Below are positions 49,820 through 62,260 of a stretch of DNA of 64,000 bases, piece after piece; positions within the stretch are counted from its first letter, which is position 1; every line of letters begins with the position of its first letter. Source of the DNA: Schmidtea polychroa (taxonomy: Eukaryota); the NCBI GenBank assembly GCA_044892525.1, contig CM097886.1, forward strand, positions 130,882,001-130,946,000, written 5' to 3'. The position numbers were made by a program, and so were the translations under genes. The notes beneath the pieces are model-generated. The model did no database searches and was not told the origin of the DNA. It saw only the letters and a program-made list of their open reading frames with translations.

Positions 49820-49887
<68 letters not shown>
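49820..49887. repeat. (AAT)n microsatellite, left half of the insertion site (right half 55583-55642)
   Basis: Same-strand AAT tracts on both sides of the fold-back element. Confidence 0.9.
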
Positions 49888-49888
<1 letters not shown>

Positions 49889-50399
49889 GTAGTATGATTG
49901 GAGCTCCCCCGGCCAGGAGCTCCCCGGCCACATATACCCCCTCCCTCCCTCCCCCCCCCCGGGAAAAAATTTTTTTTTAAATTTTTTGTTTTAATTAATT
50001 GGCCGGGCGGGCTCACACTTTTTTTCATCCCAAAAATTAATGTTCCTGCCAACAGATTTTATTGACCGATACCTCATCTTAAAGCTCAGTCCAAGACCTT
50101 TCGAATGAGCTATAGGTATCTTATATATCTTTAATAGTTTTAATGTTATTAACGTTTGATGACCACCATCTTTTCAACATTAAATTATTATTATTTTCCA
50201 AAATATTATTAATTGGCCTGGCGGGCTCACACTTTTTTTCATCCCAAAGATAAATGTTCCCACCAACAGATTTTATTGATCGATAGCTTATTTTAAAGCT
50301 CTGTGCAAGAACTTTCTAATGAGATATAGATTTTTATCATACGATGACTCATCACATTTTTAGAACAAAGACAATGACTCATCATATTTTTAGATTGAT

Positions 50400-50960
50400 T
50401 ACGTCATATTTTTAGAACGATGCCTAATATTTTTAGAATGGTGCCTAATATTTTTAGAACGATTACGTCATACTTTTAGAACGATGTCTAATATTTTTAG
50501 AACGATGTCTAATATTTTTAGAACTATTACGTAATCGATGTCTAATATTTTTAGAACGATGCCAAATATTTTTAGAACGATGCCTAATATTTTTAGAATG
50601 ATTACGTCATAATTTTAGAACGAAGTCTAATATTTTTAGAACGATGCCTAATATTTTAGAACTATTACGTAATCGATGTCTAATATTTTTAGAACGATGC
50701 CAAATATTTTTAGAACGATGCCTAATATTTTTAGAATGATTACGTCATAATTTTAGAACGACGCCTAATATTTTTAGAACGATTACGTCATACTTTTAGA
50801 ACGATGCCAAATATTTTTAGAACGATGCCTAATATTTTTAGAACGATTACGTCATACTTTTAGAACGATGCCTAATATTTTTAGAACGATGCCAAATATT
50901 TTTAGAATGATTACATCATACTTTTAGAACGATGTCTAATATTTTTAGAATTAATAATTT
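50400..50960. repeat. About 20-bp tandem array (AATATTTTTAGAACGATGCCT variants) with bZIP-like TTACGTAA/TTACGTCA cores; mirrored at about 54300-54860
   Basis: Direct reading; the same variants occur in mirrored order in the right arm. Confidence 0.9.
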
Positions 50961-51089
50961 TGTTTTAATTATCGATGATTATATAATTTTGTTTAAATCA
51001 TTGATTATATAATTCTTTTGTTTTAATTATAGAATACGTAATAATATAATTTTGTTTAAATCGTTGATTACATATTATTATTTTCTAAG

Positions 51090-51164
<75 letters not shown>

Positions 51165-51293
51165 CATATATACACCGAGTCTATCCGACAAAATATTCTG
51201 TCCCCCTATGGGTACTGCTCACAAATGTACTACTCACATTCAACAAGTCACAAGGGTACTGTTCACACTCAATATGTCGTAAATTAATATTAA

Positions 51294-51369
<76 letters not shown>

Positions 51370-51751
51370 TATTACGCGCACCGGGAATATTATTATCATA
51401 TATACTCTTAATCTATCCGACAAAATATTCTATCCCTTTATGGGTATTGCTCATATGGGTAATGGTCAAAGGTGTACTACTCACATTCAACATGTCTCAA
51501 AGGGTATAATATAATTATTATTAAATTCTGACCAACTTAAATCAATGAAGGGGTAGAACAAAAATATATTAAGTTGCGGTATTTTAAATTTAAAAATATT
51601 TTAAAAACTTATTTTGACACTAAAGTTTACTTAATTAACAAAGACATAATTATTGCACATGCTTTGCATAAATATTATTATTTTTTAAATTTTCAATATT
51701 TTCTTTTAAAGTATTAACATGCGCGGGAGTTATTATTATTATTATTATCAA

Positions 51752-51788
<37 letters not shown>

Positions 51789-52479
51789 GTTAATGAAAAA
51801 TCTAAAATATTTTCTACACACACACTCACACAACCATTAACCATTATTATTATCATTATTAGTGAAAACCTAAAATATTTTTTACACACACACACAACCC
51901 ATTAACCATTAACCATTATTATTATCAATATTAAAAACCTAAAATATTTTTACACACACACATACAACTCATTAAACTTATTATTATTATTATTATTATT
52001 GCAAATATTAGTCAAAAACCTAAAATATTATTTACACTCACACAACCCATTAACAATTATTATTATCAATATTAGTGAAAACCTAAAATATTTTCTACAC
52101 ACACACACACACAGCCCATTAACCATTATTATTATTGCAAATATTAGTCAAAAACATAAAAATACTCATAAACCATTATTATTATCAATATTAGTGAAAA
52201 CCTAAAACATTTTCCACACACACAACCCATTAAACTTTATTATTATTATTATTAAAATAATTTTTACACACTAGGTTATGGGGTAGAGAATTATTATATG
52301 TTTGCAGTATTCTGTATTTGCCTTTACATGAAATTTTCAATAAGGAGCGATAATTTTACACACACATTCTATATACACCCATGTTAAACAAGGTATGTGT
52401 ATATAGAATGTGTGTGTAAAATTATCGCTCCTTATTGAAAATTTCATGTAAAGGCAAATACAGAATACTGCAAACATAT

Positions 52480-53420
52480 AATAATTCTCTACCCCATAAC
52501 CTAGTGTGTAAAAATTATTTTAATAATAATAATAATAAAGTTTAATGGGTTGTGTGTGTGGAAAATGTTTTAGGTTTTCACTAATATTGATAATAATAAT
52601 TGTTAATGGGTTGTGTGAGTGTGTGTGTGTGTGTAGAAAATATTTTAGGTTTTCACTAATATTGATAATAATAATTGTTAATGGGTTGTGTGAGTGTAAA
52701 TAATATTTTAGGTTTTTGACTAATATTTGCAATAATAATAATAATAATAATAAGTTTAATGAGTTGTATGTGTGTGTGTAGAAATATTTTAGGTTTTCAC
52801 TAATATTGATAATAATAATGGTTTATGAGTGTTTTTATGTTTTTGACTAATATTTGCAATAATAATAATGGTTAATGGGCTGTGTGTGTGTGTGTGTAGA
52901 AAATATTTTAGGTTTTCACTAATATTGATAATAATAATTGTTAGTGGGTTGTGTGAGTGTAAATAATATTTTAGGTTTTTGACTAATATTTGCAATAATA
53001 ATAATAATAATAATAATAAGTTTAATGAGTTGTATGTGTGTGTGTAAAAATATTTTAGGTTTTTAATATTGATAATAATAATAATAATGGTTAATGGGTT
53101 GTGTGTGTGTGTGTGTAGAAAATATTTTAGGTTTTCACTAATATTGATAATAATAATTGTTAATGGGTTGTGTGAGTGTAAATAATATTTTAGGTTTTTG
53201 ACTAATATTTGCAATAATAATAATAATAATAATAATAAGTTTAATGAGTTGTATGTGTGTGTGTAAAAATATTTTAGGTTTTTAATATTGATAATAATAA
53301 TGGTTAATGGTTAATGGGTTGTGTGTGTGTGTAAAAAATATTTTAGGTTTTCACTAATAATGATAATAATAATGGTTAATGAGTTGTGCATGTGTGTGTG
53401 TAGAAAATATTTTAGATTTT
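52480..53420. repeat. About 55-65-bp CA/AAT-rich minisatellite, expanded in the right arm relative to the left (about 51790-52280)
   Basis: Repeated GTGTGT(G)TAGAAAATATTTTAGGTTTTCACTAATATTGATAATAATAAT units. Confidence 0.85.
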
Positions 53421-53428
53421 TCATTAAC

Positions 53429-53465
<37 letters not shown>

Positions 53466-53828
53466 TTGATAATAATAATAATAATAACTCCCGCGCATGT
53501 TAATACTTTAAAAGAAAATATTGAAAATTTAAAAAATAATAATATTTATGCAAAGCATGTGCAATAATTATGTCTTTGTTAATTAAGTAAACTTTAGTGT
53601 CAAAATAAGTTTTTAAAATATTTTTAAATTTAAAATACCGCAACTTAATATATTTTTGTTCTACCCCTTCATTGATTTAAGTTGGTCAGAATTTAATAAT
53701 AATTATATTATACCCTTTGAGACATGTTGAATGTGAGTAGTACACCTTTGACCATTACCCATATGAGCAATACCCATAAAGGGATAGAATATTTTGTCGG
53801 ATAGATTAAGAGTATATATGATAATAAT

Positions 53829-53969
53829 NNNNNNNNNNNNNNNNNNNNNNNNNNNNNNNNNNNNNNNNNNNNNNNNNNNNNNNNNNNNNNNNNNNNNNNN
53901 NNNNNNNNNNNNNNNNNNNNNNNNNNNNNNNNNNNNNNNNNNNNNNNNNNNNNNNNNNNNNNNNNNNNN
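53829..53969. other. Assembly gap (N run) in the right arm
   Basis: 141 N. Confidence 1.
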
Positions 53970-54076
53970 TGAGTGTGAACAGTACCCTTGTGACTTGTTG
54001 AATGTGAGTAGTACATTTGTGAGCAGTACCCATAGGGGGACAGAATATTTTGTCGGATAGACTCGGTGTATATATG

Positions 54077-54163
<87 letters not shown>

Positions 54164-55009
54164 CTTAGAAAATAATAATATGTAATCAACGATTTAAACA
54201 AAATTATATTATTACGTATTCTATAATTAAAACAAAAGAATTATATAATCAATGATTTAAACAAAATTATATAATCATCGATAATTAAAACAAAATTATT
54301 AATTCTAAAAATATTAGACATCGTTCTAAAAGTATGATGTAATCATTCTAAAAATATTTGGCATCGTTCTAAAAATATTAGGCATCGTTCTAAAAGTATG
54401 ACGTAATCGTTCTAAAAATATTAGGCATCGTTCTAAAAATATTTGGCATCGTTCTAAAAGTATGACGTAATCGTTCTAAAAATATTAGGCGTCGTTCTAA
54501 AATTATGACGTAATCATTCTAAAAATATTAGGCATCGTTCTAAAAATATTTGGCATCGTTCTAAAAATATTAGACATCGATTACGTAATAGTTCTAAAAA
54601 TATTAGGCATCGTTCTAAAAATATTAGACTTCGTTCTAAAATTATGACGTAATCATTCTAAAAATATTAGGCATCGTTCTAAAAATATTTGGCATCGTTC
54701 TAAAAATATTAGACATCGATTACGTAATAGTTCTAAAAATATTAGGCATCGTTCTAAAAATATTAGACATCGTTCTAAAAGTATGACGTAATCGTTCTAA
54801 AAATATTAGGCACCATTCTAAAAATATTAGGCATCGTTCTAAAAATATGACGTAATCAATCTAAAAATATGATGAGTCATTGTCTTTGTTCTAAAAATGT
54901 GATGAGTCATCGTATGATAAAAATCTATATCTCATTAGAAAGTTCTTGCACAGAGCTTTAAAATAAGCTATCGATCAATAAAATCTGTTGGTGGGAACAT
55001 TTATCTTTG

Positions 55010-55470
55010 GGATGAAAAAAAGTGTGAGCCCGCCAGGCCAATTAATAATATTTTGGAAAATAATAATAATTTAATGTTGAAAAGATGGTGGTCATCAAAC
55101 GTTAATAACATTAAAACTATTAAAGATATATAAGATACCTATAGCTCATTCGAAAGGTCTTGGACTGAGCTTTAAGATGAGGTATCGGTCAATAAAATCT
55201 GTTGGCAGGAACATTAATTTTTGGGATGAAAAAAAGTGTGAGCCCGCCCGGCCAATTAATAATATTTTGGAAAATAATAATAATTTAACGTTGAAAAGAT
55301 GGTGGTCATCAATTGTTAATAACATTAAAACTATTAAAGATATATATGATACCTATAGCTCATTCGAAAGGTCTTGGACTGAGCTTTAAGATGAGGTATC
55401 GGTCAATAAAATCTGTTGGCAGGAACATTAATTTTTGGGATGAAAAAAAGTGTGAGCCCGCCCGGCCAAT
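55010..55470. repeat. About 214-bp tandem unit; one more copy in the right arm than in the left
   Basis: AAGTGTGAGCCCGCC recurs at about 55020, 55234 and 55448; only two such sites in the left arm (about 50005 and 50215). Confidence 0.8.
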
Positions 55471-55581
55471 TAATTAAAACAAAAAATTAAAAAAAAATTT
55501 TTTTCCCGGGGGGGGAGGGGGGGAGGGGGTATATGTGGCCGGGGGAGCTCCTGGCCGGGGGAGCTCCAATCATACTACTAC

Positions 55582-55643
<62 letters not shown>

Positions 55644-56315
55644 GGTTTTTGATCCTTCAAGGCATGACCATCAAAAGTCAGACCCTCGCCATTGTATTTT
55701 GCATGCGAAACTCTATTTTTATGTAAAAATAAGTTATTTTTAAAATGTGAACCTTTGAATGTTTTAAACCCTTGAAACAAGTAGCCAATTTATTAAACAA
55801 GCAAAATTATTTGAATGCAAAAATAAATATTTTGAAATATCTCTTATCTACCTCAAAACTTGAATAAAATTCTAAGGATATTGGTTATAGAATATGTTTA
55901 AAAAAAGTGATCCTCTTCCCACCCAGCGTGAATGTATTGAATTCACATGAGATGTAGAATATGTCTTACACAAAAAATTTCTTATCTCCATTTTCAAAGA
56001 TCGACATCTTCCAAACTATGTGAATAGATATTATCAGTAACATAAAATACATTATTCTCATCTCACCTTTCTTCTTTATCTCTATCTTCATCCTTTTTCT
56101 GTCTCCATCACAGAAATAATTTTATCCAAGCCACCGAATCGCTTCGCATCTTACAGTTCTCCATTATGTCTCTCCATTGTCTCTCTACATTGTCTCCATT
56201 ACTATGGGTGAGTAATAGAATTATTATTTTTGATTCATTCAAATCCGAGGGACCATTAAAGAAAGCTCTGCCTATTTTGATATATTATCATTTCTATTTT
56301 TCCATCCGCATTCAG

Positions 56316-56695
56316 GCTAGATTGCGACGGGCATGTGAAAATGGCGACGTGGAGAAAGTTTCCTTGTTGCTAAATGATGCCACCATTGAATATTGTGATA
56401 AGGTAATTGATTGTTTGACTGGAAGAGAATAAAAACATTTTTAGGACAAAAGGCGGCCAATTCATTGGGCATGCGAGAGCGGCAAAATTAAAATTGTCAA
56501 ATTACTGATTAAAACAAAATGTGATATTACTGCAAGAGATAAAGTAAATGTTTTGAACAAAGAAATAACTTATTAATTGCAATTCAGTTTAATTTGTCCC
56601 CCATGGACATCGCTGTAAGGAACAAGAATAAGAAGCTTGTGATGATTTTGAAGGCAGCGGGAAAAGAACAGGAGCTGAAAGAGATAAATCAGCAA
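56316..56695 (+). CDS. Further ankyrin exons (continuation of the 43097 gene or a tandem paralog)
   Basis: Phase-0 exons 56316-56402, 56445-56543 (DKRRPIHWACESGKIKIVKLLIKTKCDITARDK) and 56588-56695. Confidence 0.8.
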
Positions 56696-57559
56696 GTATG
56701 TTTTCCCGTATTTATTGCTATAATTCTCATCATTGAAAGGTTTTAAATCAAAAATCGCATACATTAAAAAAATTCTTTATAAAAAATCTTTGAAGAAAAA
56801 AATTAAAAAGCATGAAGAATACAAGAACCGGAAGTACCATTGCGTAAAATAATGTCAAGAAAAAGGGTAGAATTTCGGGTGTGCAGATTAGCGGTCTAAT
56901 GTTAACTCAATGTTTTTAAGAAATTAAGATAAATGCAATTGTAAATGAAAATAAATTGATGATTAAAAATTGATGGTGATTAAGCCATTGTCATTTTGTG
57001 CAATAAAATCATAAAGTAATACTAATAACTGTCTAAATGCAGATATTTTCAAAGTTCGGGTCGTAGGCTTAGTTTAGGTAGATGGGTCAAGAAAATTTTT
57101 CCAAATATATTCACCGAGAAATATATTTGCATGTAAACTATTATTTTTACTTGTTTACTTTGAGTTTGTTGTGATAGTTTAGTAATTCTAAATTAAATAT
57201 ATTAAATATAAAACACGAATTAAGTCGATATTTTTAATTGTCCTTACGCCCCCTTTTTCTAGTCAAGTTGGTCGCGAAAAGTTTCCAATTTCAAAAACAT
57301 CCGTCCCGATAGCATAAAGTTTGAGAACCCCTAGTCTAAAAGTGTTAATGCCACAGAAGTCCAGAATTCTAATATTCTACAAAAAGTGAAAAACTTTAAC
57401 ACAAATATAATTTTGAAAGTGCCGGGAGGATATCTGTACTTATGTGAGTGCAAAGTTGTATGTTTTGAAGTGATACAAAAAATAATAATGGGTTGAAACA
57501 TAAGTAATGGCAGTTTTTTAATTAAAAAATTTTTATTTTAACAAATCAAAAAACAATAA

Positions 57560-58170
57560 TATATTAGTCAATAATATATTCTCCGCCGTTGTTTACGACT
57601 TCTTTTCAACGTTCAATAAGTTTTTCAATGCCTCGGTGATAGGAATTTGCCCGTTTCGACTCGAAAAACTTCTCCAACCCAGATCGCAATTCTACATCAT
57701 TGTTGAACGAAAGTCCATGCAAAGTATTCGAAAGTGACCGAAAGAGGTGGAAATCTGAAGGTCCCAAGACCGGAGAATACGGAGGATGAGGCAGTACTTC
57801 CCACCCGAGTGTTAGAATGACTGTTTTGGTCACATTGGCGATATGAGGACGAGCGTTGTCGTGTAGCAGAATAACGCCATATTGTTGATCGGATCGTTTT
57901 TGTTGAATAGCGTTGTTGAAGCGGTGCATCTGTTAAACATAATGCTCTGAGTTCACTGTTGGTTTCGGTCAAGCAATTCATAGTGAATAATGCCTTTCCA
58001 GTCCCTCCTATGTGGATGAAGATCTTTTTTTGCTCACAGTGTTGCTTGTTCACCAAGGCGTAACCATCCTTTGTGCTGCTTCATGTTGACATACATACAC
58101 CATTTTTCGTCGCCCGTAACAACTTGGTAAAGAAAGCGCTTTTTGTGTCCATCAGTTGCGCAATGATGGG
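57560..58170 (-). pseudogene. Mariner transposase fragment
   Basis: FLYQVVTGDEKWCMYVN, LLHDNARPH, HPPYSPVLGPSDFHLF; frameshifted and 5'-truncated. Confidence 0.9.
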
Positions 58171-59710
58171 CAAGCAAACTGGCTGAAATCGGCTGATATT
58201 TATTAAATACAAAATTAAATTCTTCCTTTTTTGATATTATTTTAACAACTGTTAATATGATTAATTATTATTTAAATATAACAATTAAAGAAATTGAAAA
58301 ATTAATTATCAACAAATCAACTCATAAAAACAGTTTTTAGTATAAATCCTTTATATACGAAATTCAACCATTTCAAATTATTTTCCAGTTCATAAAATTT
58401 TTTCAAGATTCAAAAAGCCGTTAAAATTTCAAGTTTTAGTGCTGTAAAAAACAATTTTTGTATTAGTGTGTTTGTATGAGAGAAACTTTGGAAACAAAAC
58501 TTAATAAAATGCATTGTCACAGGCAATGAGTCCATTCACCAAGTTTCAGCTCGATTGGATGACTGGAATTGGGTTAATTAGTTTTCGCGAGATTTGCGTG
58601 CCAAATCATTCAACACCAGCGAAATCAATATAAAGGATTTAATAAAAAATGAAATATTACTAATTATGTTGACAAAAAACATTTTTTTGTTTCTCAGAAA
58701 CAATTTAAAATACTACTCTTACGTTTATTTTTATCTTTTAGTGTAGGAGGTACATCATTATTTAATTAATTTTAGTATTTTTATAATTATGTTTAATTTA
58801 TTATTATGTTGAGTCCTTTGATTTTAATTGAAATTGAGTTAATTATAAATTAAAATAATAAATTAAATATATTTAAGAATGATTGAAAATTAAAATATAA
58901 AATATTTATTGAATGCTTGTGTACGAATATTCCCTATTCAAATATTAACTCATGCTTGCGAAAATATCCTCTAAGCTAAAAACAGAGATTGTTTTAATAA
59001 GAGAGATTTTGTGATGTTTTTAAAAAATATAGTTTTGTTTTCTTTTTAAAATATGGATCTGATTAATTTAAGAAATCAAACATCTAATAATATTGTTTAT
59101 AAATTAGGAATGCCTAAAATAAAATTCAATTTTTTGTTTGAATGATAATCAATTTTAGTTTACTTAGTTAATGTCATTTAGAATATCAAATAAGCATTTT
59201 TAACTTGTTAACATAATTCAGTCTCAACCAGCCAGGATGAATCCTATTGTACTATTGTACCTTACACTCCAATTATTATTATTATAATTATTATTAATAT
59301 TTTATATTGAAACTAAGAGCCAATTTCTAAATAAAATCAGATCTTTCCATTAAATAATAAAATCACATTTAAATAAACCAATTATTAAATGATAAAAATT
59401 TGGAAAGTGAAATTTTTTTATGACAAATATTCATATTTGACATTATCTATTTTTTTTAAAAACATTTGATATAAAAAATAACCAATGTTTATCCATATTT
59501 TTAGAGTATTTTTCTTTAATTTGTTCTCTTTAATTAGATTTCTATGACGGGCCTCGAATGCAAATGGCGCTGTAATCACAAACTGTGCGTGAAATGTAAG
59601 TGATTAACAATTTCGTAAGCCGGTTTTCAATCATTAAGGTACATCAAGCGGTTTACCTGAACTTGATCAAAAATTTTTATTTGGCTGATATGATTTTATA
59701 TACTAATATT

Positions 59711-59900
59711 TTTATTGTATTCAAAAGCTTGACTATGAATGAATAAATATATCGATGTTTTTGATATTCACAAATTTTCGGCACTGTCCTTTTCAAGTGA
59801 ATTTGATTTTGAAATTCACTTGAAAAATGCAATGCCGAAAATTCGTGGATATCAAAAACATCGATATATTTACTGATTCGTAGTCAAACTTTTTAATAAA
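59711..59900. mobile_element. Palindromic MITE; partial copies at about 6272-6360 and 61490-61612
   Basis: About 90-bp imperfect inverted arms around 59807; right arm GCCGAAAATTCGTG...AACATCGATAT...ACTGATT..TAGTCAA recurs at the two other sites. Confidence 0.7.
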
Positions 59901-62149
59901 TACGATGTCAATGGAAAAGAAATCAGTAGTGAAATTTGAAAAAAAAGTTCTTTTAATAATATTTTTATGTTTAGAAAGTAGTAATTTTAATATTTTTAAT
60001 TTAATAAAAATATTTTAGATATATTTCAGATGCTTAGAATTATTCCTCTTTAGATGTAATTTATTTTAATTAAATAATAACTTTTTTCAAGTTAATTTTA
60101 TTTTATTTCCGCCAATTTCATCTAGATATTTTAAAAACTAATATTTTATGGGTCCCCCTTCCTCTTCTTTGTGGTAGTTACCCGATTTGCCTGTATCTAG
60201 ATATTATATTTCTAACTGTATTTCAAGTAATTGCAAAATTATATATTAAAATTTTCTCCATTTTCCATAACATGATTAATCTTTATTGTATATAAAATAA
60301 ATTCTAAAAAAATAGTTTAAAGTTGTAAATTCAAATTCCAAAAACTTATGATTTTCATGTATGATTTTTTAAAAGGTAATTTCAACGAAATCAAAGCATG
60401 CGATTTGAATTTTTTATTATGAAGCGTGTATGGTTGGTGACCTGACAGAATAGCCTCGAAAAATTGTTTTCTTCAAATAAAATACTTTAAAAATCAATGT
60501 TTACATTGTCTGCTACTTTGTTCGACTCTTTCATCCTAGTCACTAATCAGAATTTTTTGAAGACATTTAAATAATAAAATTAAATAATTATTAAATGGAG
60601 CAAAAGGAGTAGGGAAAACTGCATAAAATGAAATACAAAATCGATAGCTATTCCACAATAATGTATAAGTCACAAGGGAAGTCGGAGAAAAAGAAGGCAG
60701 AATCAAGTGAGATTTTGTATCGTAACAGTTTGAGATAATAAAACAATATTAAATTATCTATAAGTGACAATGAAAGAGAGATAAATTGAGTCGGACAGAA
60801 GAAAAATTGTAGAAAAACTCACCGAAGTGGAGAGATAAAAACGGTAAAACGGATTCTAAATTATTATGTTTGAGTAACTATCAAAAAAGATTTCCCAATT
60901 AGCAAAGTATTTCAAAATTCATTATTAAGATGAATTTCTGAGTGGCAATTTATAAACTGTGGATCTTTTAGGTTTCCTTCATATCCCTAATATCCGGGAT
61001 TTAGATAACGAGAATTTGTGACCAAGTCTCAGTAAGAATTTTTATAACCAAAATTGCCGACCTAGAAGAACGATTATGTATAACCGAAGAAACATTAGTC
61101 ACAGATTCAAATACAGAAATAGTAGGTTATGATACCAGCGAACAACAACAGGAAGAACCCACTTCTCTCAAGGATAGACTTCAAAAAAGAATTTTGGAAT
61201 GATCCACACGTCAAAATACAGGACTTCCACAAAAAAGTTCAAGAAGGATTTATTTAAAATAAAAATTAAAAACAAAATAAAGAAGTATTTCGAAGGTGAA
61301 GTCATCAGGGGAAAGTATTGTCCATTCGACCTACAAACGTTGATTCTGAGATGACTTTCTTCGCTGCAGGCATGTTGGTCACGAAAATCATATCAATACT
61401 TTCAGACAAAAACCTCTACAATTTACGCTTCTTAAGATCATGTTTTCAAAATTTAAATTTATTTTATTTTATTATAAGGAATTTTTTATATTATATATTC
61501 ACGAATTTTCGACAGTCTTTTCAAGCGATTTTGAAAAAGGCAGTGCCGAAAATTCGTGAATATCAGAAAGAACATCGATATCTTTACTGATTCATAGTCA
61601 AGTTCTTTAATAAATACAATGTTATTTTATTTTATTTATAATTAATCATTTAATAAAGTTGAATTAAAAATGAATTGAAAAAACAATTATTTAGCAAAAT
61701 TTTATTTAACCGTTTGCGGACGAAATTAATTTATTAATATATTATTTTTTAGCATAAAATTTTTTAGTCTACGAATGCTTGATATCGTGTTATGATTTTT
61801 TTAAAGTTTGGCCAGCACAGCTGGTCATTATACATTGTTAAACATCTGGAACCAAATTCGTAGCCAAAATCTCTGGCCTACCGTTCGCAACCGTATAAGC
61901 AATTTAAGGCCAGCACTGCTAGCCTACCGTCCGCAAACGGTTAAGATAAATTTACACGATGATCTGCTGTCTTTTCACATGCAGTCACTAATCCAGCTCA
62001 CAACTGTATTGTGAATAGCAATATGTTACAATTAAGAATGAAATCTGAATAATGTATAAATGTGAAGTGTAGATAAAAAATTTACCGAAATTTACTGTAT
62101 TACCAGTTATTCATTTGCCATTGTTTAATAGCAGATGTTTTATCAAAAA

Positions 62150-62260
62150 AATTTAGTGAAACCAGTTATGATACTTCTTGTTGATTGGGGTCCTGACGAA
62201 AATCCTTGATACCAAAAAACCATTGAATACCAACTTGATGTCTTGATTGTTACTATAAAT
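62150..62260 (+). pseudogene. Degraded DDE-transposase relic, possibly Zator-like
   Basis: Plus strand reads VKPVMILLVDWGPDENP*YQKTIE, resembling the DGGPDENPRY motif I recall from Zator-type transposases. Confidence 0.4.

Larger units (their letters stand above)
49888..55582. mobile_element. Non-coding fold-back element with Maverick-type termini (arms 49888-52378 and 52397-55582)
   Basis: Starts AGTAGT, ends ACTACT(ACT); arms are near-perfect reverse complements apart from repeat copy number; 18-bp spacer; AATAAT on both sides; no plausible ORF. Confidence 0.8.

Noticed and set aside
50400-50960. Regular 20-bp repeats resembling a CRISPR array
   Set aside because: No unique spacers, no cas genes, eukaryotic context; a tandem array within an inverted arm.
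49726-55780. Poly-Ile/Asn/Tyr ORFs (also 24791, 37703, 37772)
   Set aside because: Translations of AAT/ATT/TA microsatellites and minisatellites.
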